Assembly: GCA_030390025.1 (NCBI GenBank) | Contig: JASTWF010000034.1 | Span: forward strand, 1,674,001-1,738,000 | Reading direction: 5' to 3' | DNA from: Squalus acanthias | Lineage: Eukaryota | DNA: 64,000 bases | Shown here: positions 1 through 14,235 of the stretch, in pieces | Position numbering within the stretch: the stretch's first letter is position 1 | Layout of the letters: each line of letters opens with the position of its first letter | Program-made: the position numbers and the translations under genes | Notes under the pieces: generated by a model | What the model saw: the letters and a program-made list of their open reading frames with translations, nothing else | Told to the model about the DNA's origin: nothing | Databases searched by the model: none

Positions 1-3000
1 CCGGTGCTATACCTGCCCTTGGACTGTTTGATTGGGCAGTGTAAAGGGAGCTTTACTCTGTATCTCTCTATCTCACCCGTGCTATGCCTGCCCTTGGACT
101 GTTTGATTGGGCAGTTTAAAGGGAGCTTTACTCTGTATCTCTCGATCTAACCGGTGCTGTACCTGCCCTTGGACTGTTTAATTGGGCAGTGTAAAGTGAG
201 CTTTACTCTCGATCTAACCCGTGCTGTACCTGCACTTGCACCGTTTGATTGGGCAGTTTAAAGGGAGCTTTACTCTGTATCTCTCGATCTAACCAGTGCT
301 ATACCTGCTCTTGGACTGTCTGACTGGGCAGTGTAAAGGGAGCTTTACTCTGTATCTCTCGATCTAACCGGTGCTGTACATGCCCTTGCACTATTTGATT
401 GGGCAGTGTAAAGGGAGCTTTACTCTGTATCTCTCTATCTTACCTGTGCTATACCTGCCCTTGGACTGTTTGATTGGACAGTGTAAAGGGAGCTAACTCT
501 GTATCTCTCGATCTAACCGGTGCTATACCTGCCCTTGGACTGTTTGATTGGACAGTGTAAAGGGAGCTTTACTCTGTATCTCTCGAACTAACCGGTGCTA
601 TACCTGCCCTTGGACTGTTTGACTGGGCAGTGCAAAGGGAGCTTTACTCTGTATCTCTCGATCTAACCGGTTCTATACCTGCCCTTGGACTCTTTGATTG
701 GGCAGTGTAAAGGGAGCTTTACTCTGTAAATCTCTATCTCACCCGTGCTATACCTGCCCTTGGACTGTTTGATTGGACAGTGTAAAGGGAGCTTTACTCT
801 GTATCTCTCGATCTAACCGGTGCTATACCTGCCCTTCGACTGTTTGATTGGGCAGTGTAATGGGAGCTTTATTCTGTACCTCTCTTTCGAACCGGTGCTA
901 TATCTGCCCTTGGACTGTTTGATTGTGCAGTTTAAAGGGAGCTTTACTCTGTATCTCTCGATCTAACCGGTGCTGTACCTGCCCTTGAACTGTTTAATTG
1001 AGCAGTCTAAAGTGAGCTTTACTCTCGATCTAACCCGTGCTGTACCTGCACTTGGACTGTTTGATTGGGCAGTTTAAAGGGAGCTTTACTCTGTATCTCT
1101 CGATCTAACCAGTGCTATACCTGCCCTTGGACTGTTTGACTGGGCAGTGTAAAGGGAGCACTACTCTGTATCTCTCGATCTAACCGGTGCTGTACCTTCC
1201 CTTGTACTATTTGATTGGGCAGTGTCAAAGGGAGCTTTACTCTGTATCTCTCTGTCTTACCTGTGCTATACCTGCCCTTGGACTGTTTGATTGGACAGTG
1301 TAAAGGGAGCTTTACTCTGTATCTTTCGATCTGACCGGTGCTATACCTGCCCTTGGACTGTTTGATTGGGCAGTGCAAAGGGAGCTTTACTCTGTATCTC
1401 TCTATCTAACCTGTGCTATACCTGCCCTTGCACTGTTTGATTGGGCAGTGTAAAGGGAGCTTTATTGTGTATCTCTCCATCTAACCGGTGCTATACCTGC
1501 CCTTGGATCGTTTGATTGGACAGTGTAAAGAGAGCTTTACACTGTATCTCTCTCTCTCTAACCTGTACTGTACCTGCCCTTGGACTGTTTGATTGGGCAG
1601 TGCAAAGGGAGCTTTACTCTGCATCTCTCGATCTAACCGGTGCTGTACCTGCCCTTGGACTGTTGGATTGGGCAGTGTAAAGGGAGCTTTACTCTGTATC
1701 TCTCGATCTAACCGGTTCTATACCTGCCCTTGGACTGTTTGATTGGGCAGCGTAAATGGAGCTTCACTCTGTATCTCTCTCTCTAACCGGTTCTATACCT
1801 GCCCTTGCCTGTTTGATTGGGCAGTGTAAAGGGAGCTTTACTCTGTATCTCTCTATCTCACCCGTGCTTTACCTGCCCTTGGACTGTTTGATTGGACAGT
1901 GTAAAGGGAGCTTTACTCTGTATCTCTCGATCTAACCGGTGCTATACCTGCCCTTGGACTGTTTGATTGGGCAGTGTAAAGGGAGCTTTACTCTGTATCT
2001 CTCATCTAACCGGTGCTATACCTGCCCTTGGACTGTTTGATTGGGCAGTGTAAAGTGAGCTTTACTCTGTATCTCTCGATCTAACCGGTGCTGTACCTGC
2101 CCTTGGACTGTTTGATTGGGCAGTGTAAAGGGAGCTTTACTCTGTATCTCTCTATCTACCTGTGCTATACCTGCCCTTGGACTGTTTGATTGGACAGTGT
2201 AAAGGGAGCTTACTCTGTATCTCTCGATCTAACCGGTGCTATACCTGCCCTTGGACTGTTTGATTGGACAGTGTAAAGGGAGCTTTACTCTGTATCTCTC
2301 GATCTAACCGGTGCTAGACCTGCCCTTGGACTGTTTGATTGGACAGTGTAAAGGGAGCTTTACTCTGTATCTCTCTATCTAAACCGTGCTGTACCTGCCC
2401 TTGGACTGTTTGATTGGGCAGTGTAAAGGGAGCTTTACTCTGTATCTCTCTATCTAACCGTGCTATACCTGCCCTTGGACTGTTTGATTGGGCAGTGTAA
2501 AGGGAGCTTTACTCTGTATCTCTCTATCTCACCCGTGCTATACCTGCCCTTGGACTGTTTGATTGGACAGTGTAAAGGGAGCTTTACTCTGTATCTCTCG
2601 ATCTAACCGGTTCTATACCTGCCCTTGGACTGTTTGATTGGGCAGTGTAAAGGGAGCTTTACTCTGTATCTCTCTCTCTAACCGGTTCTATACCTGCCCT
2701 TGGACTGTTTGATTGGGCAGTGTAAAGGGAGCTTTACTCTGTATCTCTCTATCTAACCGGTGCTATACCTGCCCTTGGACTGTTTGATTGGGCAGTTTAA
2801 AGGGAGCTTTACTCTGTATCTCTCGATCTAACCGGTGCTGTACCTGCCCTTGGACTGTTTGATTGGGCAGTGTAAAGTGAGCTTTACTCTCGATCTAACC
2901 CGTGCTGTACCTGCACTTGCACTGTTTGATTGGGCAGTTTAAAGGGAGCTTTACTCTGTATCTCTCGATCTAACCAGTGCTATACCTGCTCTTGGACTGT

Positions 3001-6000
3001 CTGACTGGGCAGTGTAAAGGGAGCTTTACTCTGTATCTCTCGATCTAACCGGTGCTGTACATGCCCTTGCACTATTTGATTGGGCAGTGTCAAAGGGAGC
3101 TTTACTCTGTATCTCTCTATCTTACATGTGCTATACCTACCCTTGGACTGTTTGATTGGACAGTGTAAAGGGAGCTAACTCTGTATCTCTCGATCTAACC
3201 GGTGCTATACCTGCCCTTGGGACTGTATGATTGGACAGTGTAAAGGGAGCTTTACTCTGTATCTCTCGAACTAACCGGTGCTATACCTGCCCTTGGACTG
3301 TTTGATTGGGCAGTGCAAAGGGAGCTTTACTCTGTATCTCTCTATCTAACCTGTGCTATACCTGCCCTTGCACTGTTTGATTGGGCAGTGTAAAGGGAGC
3401 TTTACTCTGTATCTCTCTATCTAACCGGTGCTATACCTGCCCTTGGATCGTTTGATTGGACAGTGTAAAGAGAGCTTTACACTGTATCTCTCTCTCTCTA
3501 ACCTGTACTGTACCTGCCCTTGGACTGTTTGATTGGGCAGTGTAAAGGGAGCTTTACTCTGTATCTCTCGATCTAACCGGTGCTGTACCTGCCCTTGGAC
3601 TATTTGATTGGGCAGTGTAAAGGGAGCTTTACTCTGTATCTCTCTATCTAACCGGTGCTATACCTGCCCTTGGACTGTTTGATTGGATAGTGTAAAGGGA
3701 GCTTTACTCTGTATCTCTCTATCTAACCGGTGCTATACCTGCCCTTGGACTGTTTGATTGGACAGTGTAAAGGGAGCTTTACTCTGTATCTCTCGATCTA
3801 ACCGGTTCTATACCTGCCCTTGGACTGTTTGATTGGGCAGTGTAAAGGGAGCTTTACTCTGTATCTCTCTCTCTAACCGGTTCTATACCTGCCCTTGGAC
3901 TGTTTGATTGGGCAGTGTAAAGGGAGCTTTACTCTGTATCTCTCTATCTCACCCGTGCTATACCTGCCCTTGGACTGTTTGATTGGACAGTGTAAAGGGA
4001 GCTTTACTCTGTATCTCTCGATCTAACCGGTGCTATACCTGCCCTTCGACTGTTTGATTGGGCAGTGTAAAGGGAGCTTTATTCTGTATCTCTCTATCTA
4101 ACCGGTGCTATACCTGCCCTTGGACTGTTTGATTGGGCAGTTTAAAGGGAGCTTTACTCTGTATCTCTCGATCTAACCGGTGCTGTACCTGCCCTTGGAC
4201 TGTTTAATTGGGCAGTCTAAAGTGAGCTTTACTCTCGATCTAACCCGTGCTGTACCTGCACTTGGACTGTTTGATTGGGCAGTTTAAAGGGAGCTTTACT
4301 CTGTATCTCTCGATCTAACCAGTGCTATACCTGCCCTTGGACTGTTTGACTGGGCAGTGTAAAGGGAGCTTTACTCTGTATCTCTCGATCTAACCGGTGC
4401 TGTACCTGCCCTTGGACTATTTGATTGGGCAGTGTCAAAGGGAGCTTTACTCTGTATCTCTCTATCTACCTGTGCTATACCTGCCCTTGGACTGTTTGAT
4501 TGGACAGTGTAAAGGGAGCTTTACTCTGTATCTCTCGATCTAACCGGTGCTATACCTGCCCTTGGACTGTTTGATTGGCAGTGTAAAGAGAGCTTTACTC
4601 TGTATCTCTCTCTCTAACCGGTTCTATACCTGCCCTTGGACTGTTTGATTGGGCAGTGTAAAGGGAGCTTTACTCTGTATCTCTCTATCTCACCCGTGCT
4701 ATACCTGCCCTTGGACTGTTTGATTGGACAGTGTAAAGGGAGCTTTACTCTGTATCTCTCGATCTAACCGGTTCTATACCTGCCCTTGGACTGTTTGATT
4801 GGGCAGTGTAAAGGGAGCTTTACTCTGTATCTCTCTCTCTAACCGGTTCTATACCTGCCCTTGGACTGTTTGATTGGGCAGTGTAAAGGGAGCTTTATTC
4901 TGTATCTCTCAATCTAACCGGTGCTATACCTGCCCTTGGACTGTTTGATTGGGCAGTTTAAAGGAGCTTTACTCTGTATCTCTCGATCTAACCGGTGCTG
5001 TACCTGCCCTTGGACTGTTTAATTGGGCAGTGTAAAGTGAGCTTTACTCTCGATCTAACCCGTGCTGTACCTGCCCTTGGACTGTTTGATTGGGCAGTTT
5101 AAAGGGAGCTTTACTCTGTATCTCTCGATCTAACCAGTGCTATACCTGCCCTTGGACTGTTTGACTGGGCAGTGTAAAGGGAGCTTTACTCTGTATCTCT
5201 CGATCTAACCGGTGCTGTACCTGCCCTTGCACTATTTGATTGGGCAGTGTCAAAGGGAGCTTTACTCTGTATCTCTCTATCTTACCTGTGCTATACCTGC
5301 CCTTGGACTGTTTGATTGGACAGTGTAAAGGGAGCTAACTCTGTATCTCTCGATCTAACCGGTGCTATACCTGCCCTTGGACTGTTTGATTGGACAGTGT
5401 AAAGGGAGCTTTACTCTGTATCTCTCGATCTAACCGGTGCTATACCTGCCCTTGGACTGTTTGATTGGGCAGTGTAAAGGGAGCTTTACTCTGTATCTCT
5501 CTATCTAACCTGTGCTATACCTGCCCTTGGACTGTTTGATTGGGCAGTGTAAAGGGAGCTTTACTCTGTATCTCTCTATCTAACCGGTGCTATACCTGCC
5601 CTTGGACTGTTTGATTGGACAGTGTAAAGGGAGCTTTACTCTGTATCTCTCTATCTAACCGGTGCTGTACCTGCCCTTGGACTGTTTGATTGGGCAGTGT
5701 AAAGGGAGCTTTACTCTGTATCTCTCTATCTAACCGTGCTGTACCTGCCCTTGGACTGTTTGATTGGGCAGTGTAAAGGGAGCTTTACTCTGTATCTCTC
5801 TATCTAACCGGTGCTATACCTGCCCTTGGACTGTTTGATTGGACAGTGTAAAGGGAGCTTTACTCTGTATCTCTCTATCTAACCCGTGCTATACCTGCCC
5901 TTGGACTGTTTGATTGGACAGTGTAAAGGGAGCTTTACTCTGTATCTCTCGATCTAACCGGTTCTATACCTGCCCTTGGACTCTTTGATTGGGCAGTGTA

Positions 6001-9000
6001 AAGGGAGCTTTACTCTGTATCTCTCGATCTAACCGGTGCTGTACCTGCCCTTGGACTGTTTAATTGGGCAGTGTAAAGTGAGCTTTACTCTCGATCTAAC
6101 CCGTGCTGTACCTGCACTTGCACTGTTTGATTGGGCAGTTTAAAGGGAGCTTTACTCTGTATCTCTCGATCTAACCAGTGCTATACCTGCTCTTGGACTG
6201 TCTGACTGGGCAGTGTAAAGGGAGCTTTACTCTGTATCTCTCGATCTAACCGGTGCTGTACCTGCCCTTGCACTATTTGATTGGGCAGTGTCAAAGGGAG
6301 CTTTACTCTGTATCTCTCTATCTTACCTGTGCTATACCTACCCTTGGACTGTTTGATTGGACAGTGTAAAGGGAGCTAACTCTGTATCTCTCGATCTAAC
6401 CGGTGCTATACCTGCCCTTGGACTGTTTGATTGGACAGTGTAAAGGGAGCTTTACTCTGTATCTCTCGATCTAACCGGTGCTATACCTGCCCTTGGACTG
6501 TTTGATTGGGCAGTGCAAAGGGAGCTTTACTCTGTATCTCTCTATCTAACCTGTGCTATACCTGCCCTTGCACTGTTTGATTGGGCAGTGTAAAGGGAGC
6601 TTTATTGTGTATCTCTCTATCTAACCGGTGCTATACCTGCCCTTGGATCGTTTGATTGGACAGTGTAAAGAGAGCTTTACACTGTATCTCTCTCTCTCTA
6701 ACCTGTACTGTACCTGCCCTTGGACTGTTTGATTGGGCAGTGTAAAGGGAGCTTTACTCTGTATCTCTCGATCTAACCGGTGCTGTACCTGCCCTTGGAC
6801 TATTTGATTGGGCAGTGTAAAGGGAGCTTTACTCTGTATCTCTCTATCTAACCGGTGCTATACCTGCCCTTGGACTGTTTGATTGGACAGTGTAAAGGGA
6901 GCTTTACTCTGTATCTCTCTATCTCACCCGTGCTATACCTGCCCTTGGACTGTTTGATTGGACAGTGTAAAGGGAGCTTTACTCTGTATCTCTCGATCTA
7001 ACCGGTTCTATACCTGCCCTTGGACTCTTTGATTGGGCAGTGTAAAGGGAGCTTTACTCTGTATCTCTCTCTCTAACCGGTTCTATACCTGCCCTTGGAC
7101 TGTTTGATTGGGCAGTGTAAAGGGAGCTTTACTCTGTATCTCTCTATCTCACCCGTGCTATACCTGCCCTTGGACTGTTTGATTGGACAGTGTAAAGGGA
7201 GCTTTACTCTGTATCTCTCGATCTAACCGGTGCTAGACCTGCCCTTCGACTGTTTGATTGGGCAGTGTAAAGGGAGCTTTATTCTGTATCTCTCTATCTA
7301 ACCGGTGCTATACCTGCCCTTGGACTGTTTGATTGGGCAGTTTAAAGGGAGCTTTACTCTGTATCTCTCGATCTAACCGATGCTGTACCTGCCCTTGGAC
7401 TGTTTAATTGGGCAGTCTAAAGTGAGCTTTACTCTCGATCTAACCCGTGCTGTACCTGCACTTGCACTGTTTGATTGGGCAATTTAAAGGGAGCTTTACT
7501 CTGTATCTCTCGATCTAACCAGTGCTATACCTGCTCTTGGACTGTTTGACTGGGCAGTGTAAAGGGAGCTTTACTCTGTATCTCTCGATCTAACCGGTGC
7601 TGTACCTGCCCTTGTACTATTTGATTGGGCAGTGTCAAAGGGAGCTTTACTCTGTATCTCTCTATCTTACCTGTGCTATACCTGCCCTTGGACTGTTTGA
7701 TTGGACAGTGTAAAGGGAGCTAACTCTGTATCTCTCGATCTAACCTGTGCTATACCTGCCCTTGCACTGTTTGATTGGGCAGTGTAAAGGGAGCTTTATT
7801 GTGTATCTCTCTATCTAACCGGTGCTATACCTGCCCTTGGATCGTTTGATTGGACAGTGTAAAGAGAGCTTTACACTGTATCTCTCTCTCTCTAACCTGT
7901 ACTGTACCTGCCCTTGGACTGTTTGATTGGGCAGTGTAAAGGGAGCTTTACTCTGTATCTCTCGATCTAACCGGTGCTGTACCTGCCCTTGGACTGTTTG
8001 ATTGGGCAGTGTAAAGGGAGCTTTACTCTGTATCTCTCTATCTAACCGGTGCTATACCTGCCCTTGGACTGTTTGATTGGGCAGTGTAAAGGGAGCTTTA
8101 CTCTGTATCTCTCTCTCTAACCGGTTCTATACCTGCCCTTGGACTGTTTGATTGGGCAGTGTAAAGGGAGCTTTACTCTGTATCTCTCGATCTAACCGGT
8201 GCTATACCTGCCCTTCGACTGTTTGATTGGGCAGTGTAAAGGGAGCTTTACTCTGTATCTCTCCATCTAACCGGTGCTATACCTGCCCTTGGACTGTTTG
8301 ATTGGGCAGTTTAAAGGGAGCTTTACTCTGTATCTCTCGATCTAACCGGTTCTATACCTGCCCTTGGACTGTTTGATTGGGCAGTGTAAAGGGAGCTTTA
8401 CTCTGTATCTCTCTCTCTAACCGGTTCTATACCTGCCCTTGGACTGTTTGATTGGGCAGTGTAAAGGGAGCTTTACTCTGTATCTCTCTATCTCACCCGT
8501 GCTATACCTGCCCTTGGACTGTTTGATTGGACAGTGTAAAGGGAGCTTTACTCTGTATCTCTCGATCTAACCGGTGCTAGACCTGCCCTTCGACTGTTTG
8601 ATTGGGCAGTGTCAAGGGAGCTTTATTCTGTATCTCTCTATCTAACCGGTGCTATACCTGCCCTTGGACTGTTTGATTGGGCAGTTTAAAGGGAGCTTTA
8701 CTCTGTATCTCTCGATCTAACCGGTGCTGTACCTGCCCTTGGACTGTTTAATTGGGCAGTGTAAAGTGAGCTTTACTCTCGATCTAACCCGTGCTGTACC
8801 TGCCCTTGGACTGTTTGATTGGGCAGTTTAAAGGGAGCTTTACTCTGTATCTCTCGATCTAACCAGTGCTATACCTGCCCTTGGACTGTTTGACTGGGCA
8901 GTGTAAAGGGAGCTTTACTCTGTATCTCTCGATCTAACCGGTGCTGTACCTGCCCTTGTACTATTTGATTGGGCAGTGTCAAAGGGAGCTTTACTCTGTA

Positions 9001-12000
9001 TCTCTCTATCTTACCTGTGCTATACCTGCCCTTGGACTGTTTGATTGGACAGTGTAAAGGGAGCTAACTCTGTATCTCTCGATCTAACCTGTGCTATACC
9101 TGCCCTTGCACTGTTTGATTGGGCAGTGTAAAGGGAGCTTTATTGTGTATCTCTCTATCTAACCGGTGCTATACCTGCCCTTGGATCGTTTGATTGGACA
9201 GTGTAAAGAGAGCTTTACACTGTATCTCTCTCTCTCTAACCTGTACTGTACCTGCCCTTGGACTGTTTGATTGGGCAGTGCAAAGGGAGCTTTACTCTGC
9301 ATCTCTCGGTCTAACCGGTGCTGTACCTGCCCTTGGACTGTTTGATTGGGCAGTGTAAAGGGAGCTTTTCTCTGTATCTTTCGATCTAACAGGTTCTATA
9401 CCTGCCCTTGCACTGTTTGATTGGGCAGTGTAAAGGGAGCTTTACTCTGTATCTCTCGATCTAACCGGTGCTATACCTGCCCTTGGACTGTTTGATTGGG
9501 CAGTGTAAAGGGAGCTTTATTCTGTATCTCTCTATCTAACCGGTGCTATACCTGCCCTTGGACTGTTTGATTGGGCAGTTTAAAGTGAGCTTTACTCTGT
9601 ATCTCTCGATCTAACCGGTGCTGTACCTGCCCTTGGACTGTTTGATTGGGCAGTGTAAAGTGAGCTTTACTCTCGATCTAACCCGTGCTCTACCTGCCCT
9701 TGGACTGTTTGATTGGGCAGTTTAAAGGGAGCTTTACTCTGTATCTCTCGATCTAACCAGTGCTATACCTGCCCTTGGACTGTTTGATTGGGCAGTGTAA
9801 AGGGAGCTTTACTCTGTATCTCTCGATCTAACCGGTGCTGTACCTGCCCTTGTACTATTTGATTGGGCAGTGTAAAGGGAGCTTTACTCTGTATCTCTCT
9901 ATCTCACCCGTGCTATACCTGCCCTTGGACTGTTTGATTGGGCAGTGTAAAGGGAGCTTTATTCTGTATCTCTCGATCTAACCAGTGCTATACCTGCCCT
10001 TGGACTGTTTGACTGGGCAGTGTAAAGGGAGCTTTACTCTGTATCTCTCGATCTAACCGGTGCTGTACCTGCCCTTGTACTATTTGATTGGGCAGTGTAA
10101 AGGGAGCTTTACTCTGTATCTCTCTATCTAACCTGTGCTGTACCTGCCCTTGGACTGTTTGATTGGACAGTGTAAATGGAGATAACTCTGTATCTCTCGA
10201 TCTAACCGGTGCTATACCTGCCCTTGGACTGTTTGATTGGACAGTGTAAAGGGAGCTTTACTCTGTATCTCTCGATCTAACCGGTGCTAGACCTGCCCTT
10301 GGACTGTTTGATTGGACAGTGTAAAGGGAGCTTTACTCTGTATCTCTCTATCTAAACCGTGCTGTACCTGCCCTTGGACTGTTTGATTTGGCAGTGCAAA
10401 GGGAACTTTACTCTGTATCTCTCTATCTAATCCGTGCTATACCTGCCCTTGGATTGTTTGATTGGGCAGTGTAAAGGGAGCTTTACTCTGTATCTCTCTA
10501 TCTCATCCGTGCATTACCTGCCCTGGGACTGTTTGATTGGGCCGTGTAAAGGGAGCTTTATTCTGTATCTCTCTATCTAACCCGTGCTGTACCTGCCCTT
10601 GGACTATTTGATTGGGCAGTGTAAGGGGAGCTTTACTCTGTATCTCTCTATCTAAACCGTGCTGTACCTGCCCTTGGACTGTTTGATTGGGCAGTGTAAA
10701 GGGAGCTTTACTCTGTATCTCTCTATCTCACCCGTGCATTACCTGCCCTTGGACTGTTTGATTGGGCAGTGTAAAGGGAGCTTTATTCTGTATCTCTCTA
10801 TCTAACCCGTGCTGTACCTGCCCTTGGACTATTTGATTGGGCAGTGTAAAGGGAGCTTTACTCTGTATCTCGCTATCTCACCCGTGCTGTACCTGCCCTT
10901 GGACTGTTTGATTGGACAGTTTAAAGGAAGCTTTATTGTGTATCTCTCTCTCTAAGCCGTACTGTACCTGCCCTTGGACTGTTTGATTGGACAGTTTAAA
11001 GGAAGCTTTATTGTGTATCTCTCTCTCTCTAAGCCGTACTGTACCTGCCCTTGGACTGTTTGATTGGGCAGTGTAAAGGGAGCTTTACTCTGTATCTCTC
11101 TGTCTAACCGGTGCTATACCTGCCCTTGGACTGTTTGATTGGACAGTGTAAAGGGAGCTTTACTCTGTATCTCTCGATCTAACCGCTTCTATACCTGCCC
11201 TTGGACTGTTTGATTGGGCAGTGTAAAGGGAGCTTTACTCTTTATCTCTCTCACTAACCGGTTCTATACCTGCCCTTGTACAATTTAATTGGGCAGTGTA
11301 AAAGGAGCTTTACTCTGTATCTCTCTATCTCACCCGTGCTATACCTGCCCTTGTACTACTTGATTGGGCAGTGTAAAGGGAGCTTTACTCTGTATCTCTC
11401 TATCTTACCTGTGCTATACCTGCCCTTGGACTTTTTGATTTGACAGTGTAAAGCGAGCTAACTCTGTATCTCTCGATCTAACCGGTGCTATACCTGCCCT
11501 TGGACTGTTTGATTGGACAGTGTAAAGGGAGCTTTAGTCTGTATCTCTCGATCTAACCGGTGCTATACCTGCCCTTGGACTGTTTGATTGGGCAGTGTAA
11601 AGGGAGCTTTACTCTGTATCTCTCTTTCTCACCCGTGCATTACCTGCCCTTGGACTGTTTGATTGGGCAGTGTAAAGGGAGCTTTATTCTGTATCTCTCT
11701 ATCTAACCCGTGCTGTACCTGCCCTTGGACTATTTGATTGGGCAATGTAAAGGGAGCTTTACTCTGTATCTCGCTATCTCACCCGTGCTGTACCTGCCCT
11801 TGGACTGTTTGATTGGGCAGTGTAAAAGGAGCTTTACTCTGTATCTCTCTATCTCACCCGTGCTTTTCCTGCCCTTGTACTACTTGATTGGGCAGTGTAA
11901 AGGGAGCTTTACTCTGTATCTCTCTATCTTACCTGTGCTATACCTGCCCTTGGACTGTTTGATTGGGCAGTTTAAAGGGAGCTTTACTCTGTATCTCTCG

Positions 12001-12740
12001 ATCTAAGCAGTGCTATACCTGCCCTTGGACTGAATGACTGGGCAGTGTAAAGGGAGCTTTACTCTGTATCTCTCGATCTAACCGGTGCTGTACCTGCCCT
12101 TGGACTGTTTGATTGGGCAGTGTAAAGGGAGCTTTACTCTGTATCTCTCTTTCTAACCCGTGCATTACCTGCCCTTGGACTGTTTGATTGGGCAGTGCAA
12201 AGGGAGCTTTACTCTGTATCCCTCTATCTCACCCGTGCTGTACCTGCCCTTGGACTGTTTGATTGGACAGTTTAAAGGGAGCTTTATTGCGTATCTCTCT
12301 CTCTAACCCGTACTGTACCTGCCCTTGGACTGTTTGATTGGGCAGTGTAAAGGGAGCTTTACTCTGTATCTCTCTATCTAACCCGTGCTATACCTGCCCT
12401 TGGAGTGTTTGATTGGGCAGTGTAAAGGGAGCTTTACTCTGTATCTCTCTATCTAACCCGTGCTATACCTGCCCTTGGACTATTTGATTGGGCAGTGTAA
12501 AGGGAGCTTTACTCTATCTCTCGATCTAACCGGTGCTATACCTGCACTTGGACTGTTTGATTGGGCAGTGTAAAGGGAGCTTTACTCTGTATCTCTCTAT
12601 CTTACCCGTGCTATACCTGCCCTTGGACTGTTTGATTGGGCAGTGTAAAGGGAGCTTTACTCTGTATCTCTCTAGCTAACCCGTGCTATACCTGCCCTTG
12701 GACTGTTTGATTGGGCAGTGTAAAGGGAGCTTTACTCTGT
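1..12740 (+). repeat. 75-bp tandem satellite array (~170 monomers, open at window start) with higher-order structure
   Basis: Monomer gggagctttactctgtatctctcgatctaaccggtgctatacctgcccttggactgtttgattgggcagtgtaaa repeats with a 75-bp period (e.g. 1, 76, 151). Recurrent 67-bp deletion variants are present. Confidence 0.98.
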
Positions 12741-12850
12741 GTATAACTTATGCTACATGCAGGAAGATTGTGACAAATGGAATTCAATCCGGAGAAGTGT
12801 GAGGTAATGCATTTGGGGAGGGCTAACAAGTCAACGGATCCTACACTGAG
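12741..12850 (+). mobile_element. Short degenerate CR1 ORF2 fragment abutting the satellite
   Basis: caaatggaattcaatccggagaagtgtgaggtaatgcattt encodes QMEFNPEKCEVMHL, the CR1 RT thumb motif. Confidence 0.75.
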
Positions 12851-13890
12851 GAACATAGGAAGAGGAGTCGGCCATTTAGCCCCTCGAGCCTGTTGCCCCA
12901 TTCAATGCGATCATTGACTGATCTGCGATCTAACTCCATAAACCCACCTTTGGCCCATATCCCTTCATACCTTTGGTTAACAAAAAGCAATAAATCTCCG
13001 ATTTAAAATTAACAATTTATCTCGCATCCACTTCCGTTTGTGGAAGAGAGTTCCAAATTTCTCCCACTTTGTGTGTCGAAGTGTTTCCAAATTTCACTCC
13101 TGAAAGGACTGCCTCTAATTCTTAGACTGTGCCTCCAGTCTTAGTATCCCCACCAATAGAATTAGTTTCTCGCTATCTACTCTATCTGTTCCCCTTAATA
13201 TCCTGAAAACTTCGCTCAGATCAGCCCTTAACCTTCTAAATTCTAGGGAATAGAACCCTAATCTCTCCTCGTAACTTAATCCTTGAAGTCTGGGTATCAT
13301 TCTGATATCCCTGTGCTGCACTCCCTCCAAGGCCAATATATCCTTCCTAAGGTGTGGTGCCCAGAACTGCTCACAGTACTCCAGGTGTGGTCTAACCAGG
13401 GTTTTGTATAGCTGCAGAATAACTTCTACCCCCTTGTAATCTAGTCCTTTAGATATAAAGACCAGCTTTCCATTAGCCTTTTTGATTATTTTCTGTACCT
13501 GTCCATGACATTTTAATGATCTATGTACCTGGACCCCCCAAGTCTCTTTGGACATCCACTCTTTTTAGCTTTTCTCCATTTAGAAAGTAACCTGTTCTTT
13601 CCTTTTAGGGTCCAAAGTGATTGACCTCACATTTGCTTACATTGAAATCCATTTGCCATAGTTTTGCCCATTCCCTTAATCTGTCAAAATCCCTTTGTAA
13701 TTTTATGGTTTCACCTACACTGCCTATAATGCTGCCTATCTTTGTGTCATCGGCACATTTGGGTATATGTCTTTCTATGACATCACCGAAGTCATTAATA
13801 AATATTGTGAATAGCTGAGGCCACAAAACACAGCCCTGCCGGACACCAGGAGTCACATCCTGCCAATTTGAGTACCGACCCATCATCCCT
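12851..13890 (-). mobile_element. CR1 LINE 3' fragment (RT C-terminus + 3' UTR), decayed
   Basis: ORFs 13605-13886 (degenerate [17 protein letters not shown]) and 13115-13555 (LYKTLVRPHLEYCEQFWAP). CR1 tail aacataggaagaggagtcggccatt. Confidence 0.93.
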
Positions 13891-13904
13891 ACGCTGTATC
13901 CTGA

Positions 13905-14235
13905 CGCTTTATAAAGGGTTATAAAGGATTATGCAGGGTTATAAATTATTATAAATGAATAGAAAGTATTATAATGATATATAAAGGTTGATAATAGAAT
14001 ATAAAGTGTTATGAATTGTTAAGGAATATAAAGGGTTGTAATGATCGACAAAGGCTTATAAAGTGTTATAATGATTGACAAAGTATTATAAAGTGATTTG
14101 AATGGGGTACAAAGTGATGCAAAATATGATAAAGGGACATGACCCTTTATAAATCATTATAATCCTTAATAACCCGTTATACACCTTTTGTAAATGTTTA
14201 TTAAGGATTCTAATGTTATAAAGAGTTATAAGGCT
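13905..14235. repeat. AT-rich degenerate short-period repeat (ataaagggtt-like)
   Basis: Runs such as ataaagggttataaaggatt, with part of the tract in the opposite orientation. Confidence 0.6.

Noticed and set aside
1..12740. CRISPR-like array
   Set aside because: Head-to-tail monomers with no unique spacers, no cas genes, and a vertebrate context.
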